A stretch of 64,000 nt of DNA, from the NCBI GenBank assembly GCA_040375715.1, contig JBEIRX010000004.1:388-64387 (forward strand), given 5' to 3'. Source of the stretch: Aphanothece sp. (GTDB lineage: Bacteria > Cyanobacteriota > Cyanobacteriia > PCC-6307 > Cyanobiaceae). How positions within the stretch are numbered: position 1 is the stretch's first letter; every line of letters starts with the position of its first letter. Made by a program: the position numbers and the translations under genes. Shown in pieces: positions 40,301 to 49,002 of this stretch. Below the pieces are notes generated by a model that ran no database searches, was not told the DNA's origin, and saw only the letters and a list, made by a program, of their open reading frames with translations.

Positions 40301-40680
40301 TGCGCGACTACGACGTGATCTACAAGCTGCTGGAGGACATCCAGCTGGCGATGGAAGGTCTGCTCGAACCCGAACTGGCAGAGGAGGCCCTCGGCGAGGC
40401 CGAGGTGCGGGCCGTGTTCACCATCGGCAAGGCCGCCGTCGCCGGCTGCTACATCACCAGCGGCAAGGTGCTGCGCAACTGCAAGGTGCGCGTGCTTCGC
40501 GGCAAGGAGGTGGTGTTCGAAGGGGATCTGGATTCCCTGCGTCGCAACAAGGACGACGTGAAGGAAGTGGCCACCGGCTTCGAGTGCGGCATTGGCTGTG
40601 ATCGCTTCTCCTCCTGGCAGGAGGGGGATCGGATCGAGGCCTACCGCTTGGTCACCCAGCGACGCACCCTCAGCACCTGA
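37300..40680 (+). CDS. infB: Translation initiation factor IF-2
   Basis: [27 protein letters not shown]; long Pro-rich linker. Confidence 0.98.
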   Translation: MTSSGKMRIYELSRDLGLDNKDVLDAAEKLAIAARSHSSSISDEEASRIRALIQGQGAPSGGPTSASTSAPAAPGKTILSVKKAPSQPPAPAAAAPRSAARPAAPASTPPSPPAAAAPPARPVAPPAPRPSQLVSTSPAPSPKPQPQAAAVTPPPARPIAAPPEPTVPRPQAPAPARPSAPPQRPAGTSTPPQSTRPAAPPPPTRPLAGAPERPSTPPARPAPVPVNRSSQPPQRPVPGGRPPQPSTSPRPVKPGSPPSAGGKPQLVGRPQPGGLPPQSGSGRPAPPSPRPQRPGAPAPIRQGSRPPGPPGRPGGGPTRGSTPLELFGKPIRRDGTGGASTPGEPPRPGAPTRPGRPTGMRKPMAPGELMQLQKPSGRPTAPPPRRPDRTAEGSKPEGEEGLVTPTATPPAPRRPGFKPPQPAGPTRARRPDWDDSAKLEALRSRTPQKQRQKVHIIGENDDALTAETGGYAGEQEAILLQASLARPAKPRAAAGAPKPSVAVRKRKKETTRQRQRRRAMELRAAREAKAQRPEMLVVPDGNLTVQELADKLGVESSEIIKSLFFKGIIATVTQTLDLPTIETVSDEFGVPVLEDDVQAAAAKTVEMIEESDLQHLIRRPPVVTVMGHVDHGKTSLLDAIRKTRVAAGEAGGITQHIGAYQVDVPHAGELRKITFLDTPGHEAFTAMRARGTKVTDVAVLVVAADDGVRPQTLEAISHARAAEVPIVVAINKIDKEGASPDRVKQELSGHELVAEDWGGSTVMVPVSAIKGDNIDQLLEMILLVSEVEDLQANPDRMARGTVIEAHLDKAKGPVATLLIQNGTLRNGDVLAAGPVLGKVRAMVDDSGKRVKVAGPSTPVEALGFSEVPTAGDEFEVYVDEKSARAVVGDRATEARASRLAQQMASRRVSLASMSGQASEGELKELNIILKADVQGSVEAILGSLEQLPQEEVQVRVLLSAPGEITETDVDLAAASGAVIVGFNTSMAPGAKRAADATGVDVRDYDVIYKLLEDIQLAMEGLLEPELAEEALGEAEVRAVFTIGKAAVAGCYITSGKVLRNCKVRVLRGKEVVFEGDLDSLRRNKDDVKEVATGFECGIGCDRFSSWQEGDRIEAYRLVTQRRTLST

Positions 40681-40685
40681 AACCG

Positions 40686-41390
40686 GTGACCCCCCGCACC
40701 GAACCCCTGCTATGGATCCAGCTCCTGGGGCTGGCCGTCCTCCCTCTGGAGGCCCTGCTGATCCTGTTGGTCCTGGGGGGGAGCGATCCTGGGCCTTTGC
40801 CGGTGGTGGAGGAGTTGCTCTGCTGGAGCCTGGGGGCCCTGGCACCCGCCCTTCTGCTCTGGCGCTCACCGGCGGATGTGTGGTCGCTGCTGCTGGCCCA
40901 GATTCCTGCCCGCGGACGGCGGGAGCTGCAGCAACGGCTGAGCCGGCTGCAGGACACGCTCCCCCTCAGAGTTCTGGGGCCAGGCCTCGGGGCCCTGGTC
41001 CTGCTACCTCTGCTGATCCGCCTGGATCAGCAGGCGGCCATCACTGCTCCGCTCTGGCACCCGGGCCACCTCCCCCGCCTGATGGCGCTGCTGCTGGCAG
41101 CTCTGGTGATGAGCCTGATGGTCTGGCAGTGGCAGCAGCTGATGCAGTCGCTCTGGTTGCTGGGACGTTCTGAAGGGGCGATCGCTTCCGCCCAGCCGCT
41201 GGGCCCAGGAGAGCTCAGTGAAACGCGGCTGAGCCTGGGGCTGCCCCTGCTGCTGCCGGCGCCGCTTGTGTTCGCTGAACCGTCACCACCCCCAGTGCGT
41301 TCAGCTGTCAGCGGTCCGCCGCTGCCTGTCGAACCAGAGCAAGCCACCGCAGACGAGCAGGGCGCTGAACTGGATGAGCCAATCGCTTGA
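40686..41390 (+). CDS. Cyanobacterial membrane protein with low-complexity tail
   Basis: EPLLWIQLLGLA start, about 4 TM helices; follows infB. Confidence 0.75.
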   Translation: MTPRTEPLLWIQLLGLAVLPLEALLILLVLGGSDPGPLPVVEELLCWSLGALAPALLLWRSPADVWSLLLAQIPARGRRELQQRLSRLQDTLPLRVLGPGLGALVLLPLLIRLDQQAAITAPLWHPGHLPRLMALLLAALVMSLMVWQWQQLMQSLWLLGRSEGAIASAQPLGPGELSETRLSLGLPLLLPAPLVFAEPSPPPVRSAVSGPPLPVEPEQATADEQGAELDEPIA

Positions 41391-41552
41391 GGGCACCACC
41401 TCTCCGGCCGCACCCCGCATCGCCATCGTGGCAAGGCCCACCCCGGCCGAGGCGAACAGGGCAAACCACAGGGCACGCCTCAATCCCCGCCAGGGCGTGC
41501 GCGCCTCGGCCAGGAGTCGCTCCCTCAGTTCTGGATCCAGTTTTGATCCCAT
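41301..41552 (-). CDS. DUF3493-like small membrane protein
   Basis: RERLLAEARTPWRGLRRALW plus two TM helices. Confidence 0.75.
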   Translation of the reverse strand: MGSKLDPELRERLLAEARTPWRGLRRALWFALFASAGVGLATMAMRGAAGEVVPSSDWLIQFSALLVCGGLLWFDRQRRTADS

Positions 41553-41593
41553 GGCGATCCAGGCAATGGGACGATGCTAGTTTCGCCATCAGC

Positions 41594-41646
<53 letters not shown>

Positions 41647-41665
<19 letters not shown>

Positions 41666-42222
41666 TTCTTCAGGCCTGGGGTGCTCGCAGGCTCCAGATG
41701 TCCGGCCTCCTCCAGTTCTTGCTCAAAGCCAAAGGCGGTGGGGCTTTCGAGCCGATCGGGGAACAGCACCCCATCCAGGTGATCGCACTCATGCTGCACC
41801 ACCCGGGCATGGAAGCCATCCACCACAGCCTCCCTCTCCTCACCGGAGAGATCACGCCAGGCAATGTGCAAAGCCTGCCAGCGCCTCACCTGCCCCCGCA
41901 ATCCAGGCACACTCAGGCAGCCCTCCCAGCCCAGCTGGGTGGCGGTGCCCACTGGCGTCAGCCGGGGGTTAATCAGCACGGTTTCCGGAATGGGCGAGGC
42001 GTCAGGGTAGCGGGGGTTGGAAGTGATGCCGTAGATCACCACCCTCCGGAGAATGCCGATCTGGGGGGCCGCCAACCCGGCCCCATCCCGAGCGGCCATC
42101 GTGTCACGCAGGTCGGTGAGCAGTGCCGTGAGCTGGGAGCCGCTGAACCACTCCTCAGGCACTGGGGAAGCGGATTGCCGCAACCTGGGATCTCCAAGGC
42201 GCAGCACGGGGCGCACAGCCAC
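41647..42222 (-). CDS. def: Peptide deformylase
   Basis: GAGLAAPQIG, EGCLSVPG, QHECDHLDG. Confidence 0.95.
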
Positions 42223-42316
42223 TCTCAGGACAGAGGAGAAGGGACCCCTCCAGCCTGCCAGGTCCCCCCGCCAACCACATCAGCCCACCTTGGCCGCGGC
42301 AGATCCCTCGCCGGAT

Positions 42317-43063
42317 CTAACCCTCCATCACCTCCTGCCCGGGAATGACCAGGGGCCTGCGGTGGGGCAAATTGCCGAAGTGTTCCCGGGCCACGGCCAG
42401 CAGCTGGCCCTCGCTCGGATCCGCGATGGCCAGGGTTTCCACCCCCACTACACGCTCCAGCAGATCAGGACGGTGACGGTGCACATGGGCCAGCAGCAGT
42501 TGGCGCATGTCGCTCTCGCCAGTGCCATGGCCCAGCAGGAGCACCGCATCAGCCTCTTCCATCGCCAGCTGGATGCGGTTGAGGTAGTCGAAATCCCGCG
42601 GGGCCTTCTGGCCAGCGATATCGCGATCATGCCGGTGGCTGAGGTTCTCGCCGCTGCCCCAGAGGCCATGGGGGGTGAGCACGGCATGCTCCACCTCCTC
42701 ACCCTCCAGCAGGAAAACGTCGGTGCGGTGGTGATCCAGATGAATCACCAGCCGGCGGCTCTGATCCCCCCGCACGGCGGGCCCTTCGGCCTCCGGGTGC
42801 CCGGGCGTCACCCCGGCCTCCTGCAGCAGATGGCGAACCCGCAGCACGGCCTCTGGGTCCAGATCGGGGTGATGCACCCCCTCCCCCACCTGCAGCCAGG
42901 TTTCCTGTCCCCCCGGGAGGCGAACCCTGAGGCGATGGCCATCCAAGGGGGACACCTCGGCTCCCAGGGCGTGGAGGAGAGCTTCCACCTTCGAGGCCCG
43001 AAGACCATGAACCAGCGGGTGGCTGAACAACACCTCCAGGGTGCGCTGATGCTCGCGTTTCAT
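42317..43063 (-). CDS. Two-domain protein: HicA-like N-terminus plus eRF1/host-attachment-like C-terminus
   Basis: MKREHQRTLE.LFSHP...VEALL..LGAEV...L.EAGVTP; then LDHHRT...LLLGHG...RVVGVET...PSEGQLLA.AR.HF. Confidence 0.65.
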   Translation of the reverse strand: MKREHQRTLEVLFSHPLVHGLRASKVEALLHALGAEVSPLDGHRLRVRLPGGQETWLQVGEGVHHPDLDPEAVLRVRHLLQEAGVTPGHPEAEGPAVRGDQSRRLVIHLDHHRTDVFLLEGEEVEHAVLTPHGLWGSGENLSHRHDRDIAGQKAPRDFDYLNRIQLAMEEADAVLLLGHGTGESDMRQLLLAHVHRHRPDLLERVVGVETLAIADPSEGQLLAVAREHFGNLPHRRPLVIPGQEVMEG

Positions 43064-43134
43064 TGGGCGGTTGCCGCTGTTTCAAACCTATCAAGGGCAA
43101 CAGCTGCCGCACGTGAGCGTCAGGGCGGAAACCT

Positions 43135-43389
43135 TCAGGCCTGCTCCACCTTGATCACATCCACCTCGCCCCGGCCCATGCGGAGGAGTTCTCCCGCCGC
43201 CCGAACGGCCGCTTCATGGGTGCGGAAGTGATGGGCCTGTTCGATCAGCCGCACGTCCATGATGGTCTGATCGCGGCGATCGATCCCGAGAAACGCATCC
43301 ATCCCTAGGCGCTTCAGCACGTAGCGCTCAGGCTGGCTGCAGGCAAGTGGGTTGGAAGGATCGATCCCTGGTGTCCAGAATGGCATCAA
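43135..43389 (-). CDS. Hypothetical protein, about 84 aa
   Basis: ATG ORF with globular composition, same strand as neighbours. Confidence 0.55.
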   Translation of the reverse strand: MMPFWTPGIDPSNPLACSQPERYVLKRLGMDAFLGIDRRDQTIMDVRLIEQAHHFRTHEAAVRAAGELLRMGRGEVDVIKVEQA

Positions 43390-43428
43390 TCCACTGTAGT
43401 GGCCCCGCCGAAGTCTGCAGGCGCAATT

Positions 43429-43638
43429 TCAACAGCTAGCCGGACCTCCTGACTCCACCAGACCACGGTGGTGCACTTCCGCCCACTGCACCATTTGCTG
43501 GGCCTCCCACAGGCTGTGGGTGGTCAGGCAATGCCTCTGCAGGTCGCAGATGCGGTAGGAGCCATCGGCCTCGTGGGTGATGGTGAACCCCGCCGGTGTC
43601 GTGATGGTCTCATCCACGGGGAGGTGGAGCAGCGCCAT
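43429..43638 (-). CDS. Hypothetical protein, 69 aa
   Basis: Globular composition (YRICD....C....SLWEAQQ); start codon uncertain. Confidence 0.55.
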   Translation of the reverse strand: MALLHLPVDETITTPAGFTITHEADGSYRICDLQRHCLTTHSLWEAQQMVQWAEVHHRGLVESGGPASC

Positions 43639-43763
43639 ACCTGACTACACCCCAGCCACTCCCGGCTGGGGCTCCTGGGGAGGGTTGTGAAATGACTCGT
43701 TGCAGGGCGTGATGGTCCTGACCTCGCAGCAGCCACCTCGGCCTGGGATGATGGGGGAGCGTT

Positions 43764-44030
43764 TCAACCGCCGGGATGTACACAGACTGGACTGCTGTCA
43801 TTCTCCTGTTGCTGACCGCCGTTCCCTTGGCTGCCGTTGTCGGCACGACTGCCTTCTTCATCTGGCGGTCGAAACGATCGGGCGTGCGCTGAGCAACCCT
43901 GCCCGAGACAATCGAGGCAGGTGCGAAAGCGGCCATCCGCCAGCCGAAGAATGCCACTGCCGCCGCAACGCGAACAGGGCGCGAGAGTGGCCGGCCTGGG
44001 GACAGGTGCCTGAGCGATGGAGGACTGCAT
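43764..44030 (-). CDS. Small DnaJ-type zinc-finger protein
   Basis: CSRCGGSG and CLDCLGQG (two CxxCxGxG); ATG 44030; tail overlaps the + strand peptide. Confidence 0.65.
   Translation of the reverse strand: MQSSIAQAPVPRPATLAPCSRCGGSGILRLADGRFRTCLDCLGQGCSAHARSFRPPDEEGSRADNGSQGNGGQQQENDSSPVCVHPGG
43776..43892 (+). CDS. Small single-TM peptide, 38 aa (MYTDWTAVILLLLTAVPLAAVVGTTAFFIWRSKRSGVR)
   Basis: Hand translation; hydrophobic helix followed by a basic tail; GGAG about 17 nt upstream. Confidence 0.6.
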   Translation: MYTDWTAVILLLLTAVPLAAVVGTTAFFIWRSKRSGVR

Positions 44031-44056
44031 GGCCAGGCCCAAAAAATAGTGTTGAT

Positions 44057-45073
44057 TTACACACTTTGATGCCCCTGGTGCCCTCCCGCCCCGGGGGGAA
44101 TCCGAAAGCTTTCTGAAGACTCCCCCACCAACTCCAAGGACGGCTTCCCCCTCACCTCCTCCAGAAGCTCCCTGGCACTCAGCCGTGCCCCTTCCCCCAC
44201 AAGTCCCGCGCTGGCAGCAAGCCGGCCGATCACCGCGGCGGCGTCCAATCCCTCGGATCGAAGAACCTCCAGGCCTTCGGAGCCATCCCGCTTGCTCAGC
44301 CGTTGGCCCTTCCGATCCCGGAGAACGGGGACGTGGCCATAGCAGGGCGGGGGGTATCCAAGGGCCTGGCACACCGCCACATGGGCGCCGGTCGAGGGCC
44401 AAAGGTCCGCCCCGCGCACCACATCCGTGATGCCCAGGCTCAGCTCATCCACCGCCGTGGCGAGGTGATACGCCACGAGGCCATCGGCCCGCCGCAGCAC
44501 CACATCGCCCACCTCCCTGGGGCCATCCAGAACGCCGGCCCCACCCCACCGCTCCTGCCAGCGGATCGGACCCTCCTGCAGCCGCAGGCGCCAGCTGGGC
44601 CAACGGCCCTGACGCTCCCCCCAGAAGGGGGGCTGGGCCCTGCAATGGCCGGGGTAAACGGCCAGCTGGCCGTGGGGGGCGGAGATGTCCGCCAGGAGCC
44701 GCCGGCTGCAGTGGCAGGGATAGAGCGCCCCTGAGCGCCGCAGGGCCGAGAGGACCGTGGAATAGATCCCCTGACGCAGGCTCTGGCGGACCACGGGACC
44801 ATCCCAGTGCAACCCAAGCCACTGGAGGTCATAAAGGATGGCTTCCTCCGCCCCTGGCTTCACCCGGGGGTGGTCGAGGTCGTCGAGGCGGAGCAGCCAA
44901 ATCCCACCCCACCGCCGGACCTCAAGCCAACTGAGAAGGGCGGTGCGGAGATTGCCCAGGTGCAGCGCCCCGCTGGGGGATGGGGCAAAACGGCCCCTCA
45001 CCCCCTGCTGCCGCAATCGGAGGCCATGGGCAAACTGGTCGTTCAGGCCATCAGGCAGGTGAAGCGGGATCAC
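44057..45073 (-). CDS. gluQ: tRNA glutamyl-Q(34) synthetase (GluQ-RS)
   Basis: GRFAPSPSGALHLGN, YPCHCSR, VVRGADL, RLSKRD; no anticodon-binding domain. Confidence 0.9.
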   Translation of the reverse strand: MIPLHLPDGLNDQFAHGLRLRQQGVRGRFAPSPSGALHLGNLRTALLSWLEVRRWGGIWLLRLDDLDHPRVKPGAEEAILYDLQWLGLHWDGPVVRQSLRQGIYSTVLSALRRSGALYPCHCSRRLLADISAPHGQLAVYPGHCRAQPPFWGERQGRWPSWRLRLQEGPIRWQERWGGAGVLDGPREVGDVVLRRADGLVAYHLATAVDELSLGITDVVRGADLWPSTGAHVAVCQALGYPPPCYGHVPVLRDRKGQRLSKRDGSEGLEVLRSEGLDAAAVIGRLAASAGLVGEGARLSARELLEEVRGKPSLELVGESSESFRIPPGAGGHQGHQSV

Positions 45074-45080
45074 TGGAGAC

Positions 45081-45103
45081 AAAAAAGCGGCCCTTCGGGC
45101 CGC
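45081..45103 (-). terminator. Rho-independent terminator of the HU gene
   Basis: On the minus strand GCGGCCC-GAA-GGGCCGC followed by T6, about 25 nt after the HU stop. Confidence 0.85.
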
Positions 45104-45127
45104 CAATGGGGCAGTGGGCAGAAGAGA

Positions 45128-45403
45128 TCAGCCCTGCACCCGATCCTTGAACAGCTTGCCTGCGGTGAAGGCTGGCACGCGCTTGGCAGGGATCTTGATT
45201 TTCTGGCCGGTCTTGGGGTTGAGGCCCTGGCGCTCGGAACGCTCACGGGGCTCAAAGGACCCAAAACCAAGGATGGAGACTTTTTTGCCTTCCACCACGG
45301 AATCGATGATGGTTTCAATGGCGGCATCAACGACCAGTGAAACATCGGTCTTGGTGAGCTCGGTGCGAGCAGCAACGAGGTTGACGAGATCAGCTTTGTT
45401 CAT
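45128..45403 (-). CDS. hup: DNA-binding protein HU
   Basis: MNKADLV, GFGSFE, GLNPKTG, PAFTAGK. Confidence 0.96.
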   Translation of the reverse strand: MNKADLVNLVAARTELTKTDVSLVVDAAIETIIDSVVEGKKVSILGFGSFEPRERSERQGLNPKTGQKIKIPAKRVPAFTAGKLFKDRVQG

Positions 45404-45602
45404 GGGTTGAGGATGGGCCTCCGGTGAGCGGTCTGAAGAGCGGATGAAGAGGAGGCGAATCGGACAGCCGACCGCCACTGGCTTTGCGCCGCCCAATGGT
45501 ATGGGGATTCGCCCGGAGCGGCAACAACAAATTCAAGGAACCGCAGGCTTTCTGGCGCCTGCAACCATTGACGAAACATTCGCCCCCTGCCCGACCCGCC
45601 TC

Positions 45603-46328
45603 TCATGGCGCCAGCGGAACCTCCCTTTCACCGGCGCAGGAGGCTGCCAGATGCTCGATCAGAGGGGCGCCATCCTGCACCAGGGCCTCGCCAGCCAGGG
45701 CTCCCAGGGCTGCACCCGTGGCAAGCCAGCGGGGCGATCCGGGAGGCAACCAGCGCTGCAGATGCACCACACTGCGCCGTTGCCGCGGCCCATGGAAGCC
45801 CCTCGGGGAGAGCAGGGGGGCCAGCCGAGCAGGACCCACAGGCACAAGCAGGCGCCCACAGAACAGGCCATCCACCGCCCCGGCCACCCCGCCACAGGCA
45901 TGAAGCACGGCCGCCCCCGGGCTTGGCCCCGGGGTCCAGAGGAGGCGCAACCCCTCTGCCAGCGTGTACTCCGCAGCGAAGGTGGTGAGTTTCGGGAGGC
46001 CCGGCAGCAGGTAGGCCTCCTGCTCCTGCACGATCACTGGCCAGCCCAACTGCTCCTGCACCCAGCGGCAGCGTCCATGGCCCTCCCGCCCCAGGAGCAC
46101 GATCCAGCCGGAGCGACCGGAGCGGCCCCGGAGGAACTCGCGGCTGGCCTCCGTCTCCGGCGGGCCATCAATCAGCAGATCACCGCCCTCGGTCTCCAGA
46201 AGCCAGGCACTGCCCCCATAGGTGAGGGGATTGGGGGGAAACAGCCACAGGCCCGGGTGCAGCAGCCTGGGCGGCCGACCTGGGCGTTCCGGCATCGGAG
46301 AGAAGGCCGATCCGGCCATGGCCCACAC
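45603..46328 (-). CDS. MBL-fold hydrolase-like protein with degenerate metal motif
   Basis: GGSAWLL, LLIDGP, LLWTPGPSPG, LFCGRLL; start uncertain. Confidence 0.7.
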   Translation of the reverse strand: MWAMAGSAFSPMPERPGRPPRLLHPGLWLFPPNPLTYGGSAWLLETEGGDLLIDGPPETEASREFLRGRSGRSGWIVLLGREGHGRCRWVQEQLGWPVIVQEQEAYLLPGLPKLTTFAAEYTLAEGLRLLWTPGPSPGAAVLHACGGVAGAVDGLFCGRLLVPVGPARLAPLLSPRGFHGPRQRRSVVHLQRWLPPGSPRWLATGAALGALAGEALVQDGAPLIEHLAASCAGEREVPLAP

Positions 46329-46354
46329 AGACAGGGGACAGGGGTGACCTTAGT

Positions 46355-48439
46355 TTGGCTCCATTCGCGTCAGCCTCGACGGTGATCAGGATTGGACAGC
46401 CCTGGCCGTTGGGGTCCTCCGCCACGGAGCGGGGGGTGAATTTCTCGGTGGTGGCCCCCCTGGCCACCCGGGTGGAGCTGCTGCTCTTTGCGGACGCCGA
46501 AGCGGAGGAGCCCAATGGCGTGATCGCCCTAGAGGGCCAGCACCGCTCAGGGGATCACTGGCATGTGGAGGTGGAGGGCATCGGCATCGGCGCCTGTTAC
46601 GGCTACCGGGTGTTTGGTCCGCTGGAGCCTGGCAACCATGGCTTCAATCCATCCAAGGTGCTGCTGGATCCCTGTGCCCGGGCCATCGGCGGGTGGGATG
46701 GCTATCAGAGAAGCGCCGCAGTGGGGGCCATCCCCAACACCTCCTGCTGCCTCAAGGGCGTGGTGACGGAGCGGGATCGCTTTGATTTCGCCACCGCCCC
46801 CCGCCCACGCCACACCTGGCAAAAGAGTGTGATCTATGAGCTGCATGTGGGGGGCTTCACCCAGGGGGCCGGGTGCCCCGTGCCTGAGGGGCGGCGGGGC
46901 ACCCTGCTGGGGCTGATCGACACCCTGCCCTATCTGAAGGAGATGGGGATCACGGCCATCGAGCTGCTGCCGGTGATGGCCTTCGATCCGGAGGATGCCC
47001 CGGCAGGCCGCTACAACCACTGGGGCTATAGCCCCTTGAGCTGGATGGCCCCCCATCCGGGCTATCTGGTGAACCCCGATCCCCTGGCGGCCAGAAACGA
47101 GGTGCGCACTCTGGTGAGCGCCTGCCACCAGGCCGGGCTGGAGGTCCTGCTGGATGTGGTCTACAACCACACCACCGAAGGCAACCAGGCCGGGCCCACC
47201 CTGAGCTGGCGGGGCTTCGCCGATACCACCTACTACCAGCAGAACAGCCGGGGCGACTATCTGGATGTGAGCGGCTGCGGCAACAGCATCGCCGCCAATC
47301 ACCCCCTCAGTCGTCGCCTGATCCTGGAATCCCTCAGCTGCTGGGCCAACGAGCTGGGCATCGATGGCTTCCGCTTCGACCTGGGGATTGCCCTCAGCCG
47401 GGGAGAGGAACTGATGCCCCTGGATCACCCGCCCCTCTTCGAGGCCATGGAGGCCCATCCAGAGCTCAGCGATCTGAAGCTGGTGAGTGAACCGTGGGAT
47501 TGTGGCGGCCTCTACCGCATGGCCGACTTTCCAGCCCGCCGGATGGCCACCTGGAACGGCCGCTTCCGCGACGACATGCGCCGCTTCTGGAAGGGAGACG
47601 AGAAGTGCTGCTGGCCCATGAGCCAGCGGCTGGCGGGCAATCCCGATCTCTATGGGGGCCAGCCGGCCCCCCTGGGGCGAAGCATCACCTTCCTCACGGC
47701 CCATGACGGCTTCACCCTGGCGGATCTGGTGAGCTATGACCGCAAGCACAACCTGGCCAACGGCGAAAACGACCGAGACGGCGACAACCACAACAACAGC
47801 TGGAACCACGGCGTGGAGGGTCCCAGCACGGACCGAGCCGTGACGGCCTTGCGGGATCGGCAGATACGCAACCTGCTCACCAGCCTGATGGTGGCTCCGG
47901 GGGTGCCGATGCTGCTGATGGGGGATGAGGTGCACCGCAGCCAGGGGGGCAACAACAACAGCTGGTGTCAGAACAACCTCCTGGGCTGGATGCACTGGCA
48001 GCCGGATGCCTCCGATCTGGCCCTCAGGCGGTTCCTCACCCGGCTGATCGGCCTGAGGCAACGGCTGGCCTTCCTGCTCAACCCCGAGGTGCCGATCGCC
48101 GACGCTGCCCCGAGGCGAGCCGGCGATGGCCACGTCCTCTGGCGGGAATGGCACGGGGTGGAGCTGCACAAGCCCGACTGGGCCAGCTGGTCGCACAGCC
48201 TGGCCTGGAGCCTGCACGACAGCCAGCAGGGCCCCCTGCTGTGGTGCGGATGCAACGCGTATTACAAGGCGATGCACTTCGATCTGCCGCCCACCCAGGC
48301 CGGCTGGATGCGCGTCATCGATACCGCCCTGCCTCCGGGAGAGGATCTCCCGGAGACGCCGGAACGGTGGACTCCCCCCGGGGCGCCCCTGGAAAGCCGC
48401 AGCCTGATGCTGATGCTGCACCCTTCGCTGGTGGCCTAG
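46355..48439 (+). CDS. glgX: Glycogen debranching enzyme / isoamylase (GH13)
   Basis: PWPLG, IYELHV, DVVYNH, DGFRFDL, EPWD, TAHDGFTL. Confidence 0.95.
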   Translation: MAPFASASTVIRIGQPWPLGSSATERGVNFSVVAPLATRVELLLFADAEAEEPNGVIALEGQHRSGDHWHVEVEGIGIGACYGYRVFGPLEPGNHGFNPSKVLLDPCARAIGGWDGYQRSAAVGAIPNTSCCLKGVVTERDRFDFATAPRPRHTWQKSVIYELHVGGFTQGAGCPVPEGRRGTLLGLIDTLPYLKEMGITAIELLPVMAFDPEDAPAGRYNHWGYSPLSWMAPHPGYLVNPDPLAARNEVRTLVSACHQAGLEVLLDVVYNHTTEGNQAGPTLSWRGFADTTYYQQNSRGDYLDVSGCGNSIAANHPLSRRLILESLSCWANELGIDGFRFDLGIALSRGEELMPLDHPPLFEAMEAHPELSDLKLVSEPWDCGGLYRMADFPARRMATWNGRFRDDMRRFWKGDEKCCWPMSQRLAGNPDLYGGQPAPLGRSITFLTAHDGFTLADLVSYDRKHNLANGENDRDGDNHNNSWNHGVEGPSTDRAVTALRDRQIRNLLTSLMVAPGVPMLLMGDEVHRSQGGNNNSWCQNNLLGWMHWQPDASDLALRRFLTRLIGLRQRLAFLLNPEVPIADAAPRRAGDGHVLWREWHGVELHKPDWASWSHSLAWSLHDSQQGPLLWCGCNAYYKAMHFDLPPTQAGWMRVIDTALPPGEDLPETPERWTPPGAPLESRSLMLMLHPSLVA

Positions 48440-48759
48440 ATCATTTGAGCAGGAATATGTCCAGCGCCGGCAGCCCACAATTGGTATGCCTCGCTGAATT
48501 CCAGCCAATCCTGCTTAACTTGATTCGCACAAGCTTTTGCATAGTCCAGGAAAGGGATACGCCAGCCTCTGGAGTGACCAAATTCGATCCACTCATCCAA
48601 GATGGCGGACCCTTTCCAGCCTGAGTTGCGCATATGACTCCAAGCCACTAGGCACCCCATGGCCGCCAACATGCTTTGCAAATGTGAGAATTTACCATCC
48701 TATTCTTGTAAATCCAGACTGTCGGAAGCGGGCATCAATTCGCGCAACACATAGGATGA
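48436..48759 (-). pseudogene. C-terminal relic of a DUF2252-like protein with an internal stop
   Basis: SSYVLRELMPASDSLDLQE*DGKFSHLQSMLAAMGCLVAWSHMRNSGWKGSAILDEWIEFG...ACANQVKQDW; TAG at 48700-48702; no 5' part. Confidence 0.65.
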
Positions 48760-49002
48760 GCCGGCAGCGAAGGCGTGAGGGATGGCCTGGCCTCGGCTCT
48801 GCACAGCCACCACACGCGCCGCCTCACTCGGCCAATCGGGCTGGGCAATCGGCTGAAGGGCTTGTGGCTTCCACCAATATCGAATACCGCTCCAGTCCTA
48901 GATCGTTCACGCAAAACATCCTCCTTCGCGCAATGGCTGCGACCACGGATGGCAAAGCAAGCCTGGTGGCTACGGTCGAGAGTGAATCAGATCCCACATC
49001 CC

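Noticed and set aside
48724-48733. GGAAGCGGGC matching the tRNA-Gly 3' end (53253-53262) as a possible att duplicate
   Set aside because: Only 10 bp, and it lies inside the DUF2252 relic's reading frame rather than at the islet boundary; chance is likely.
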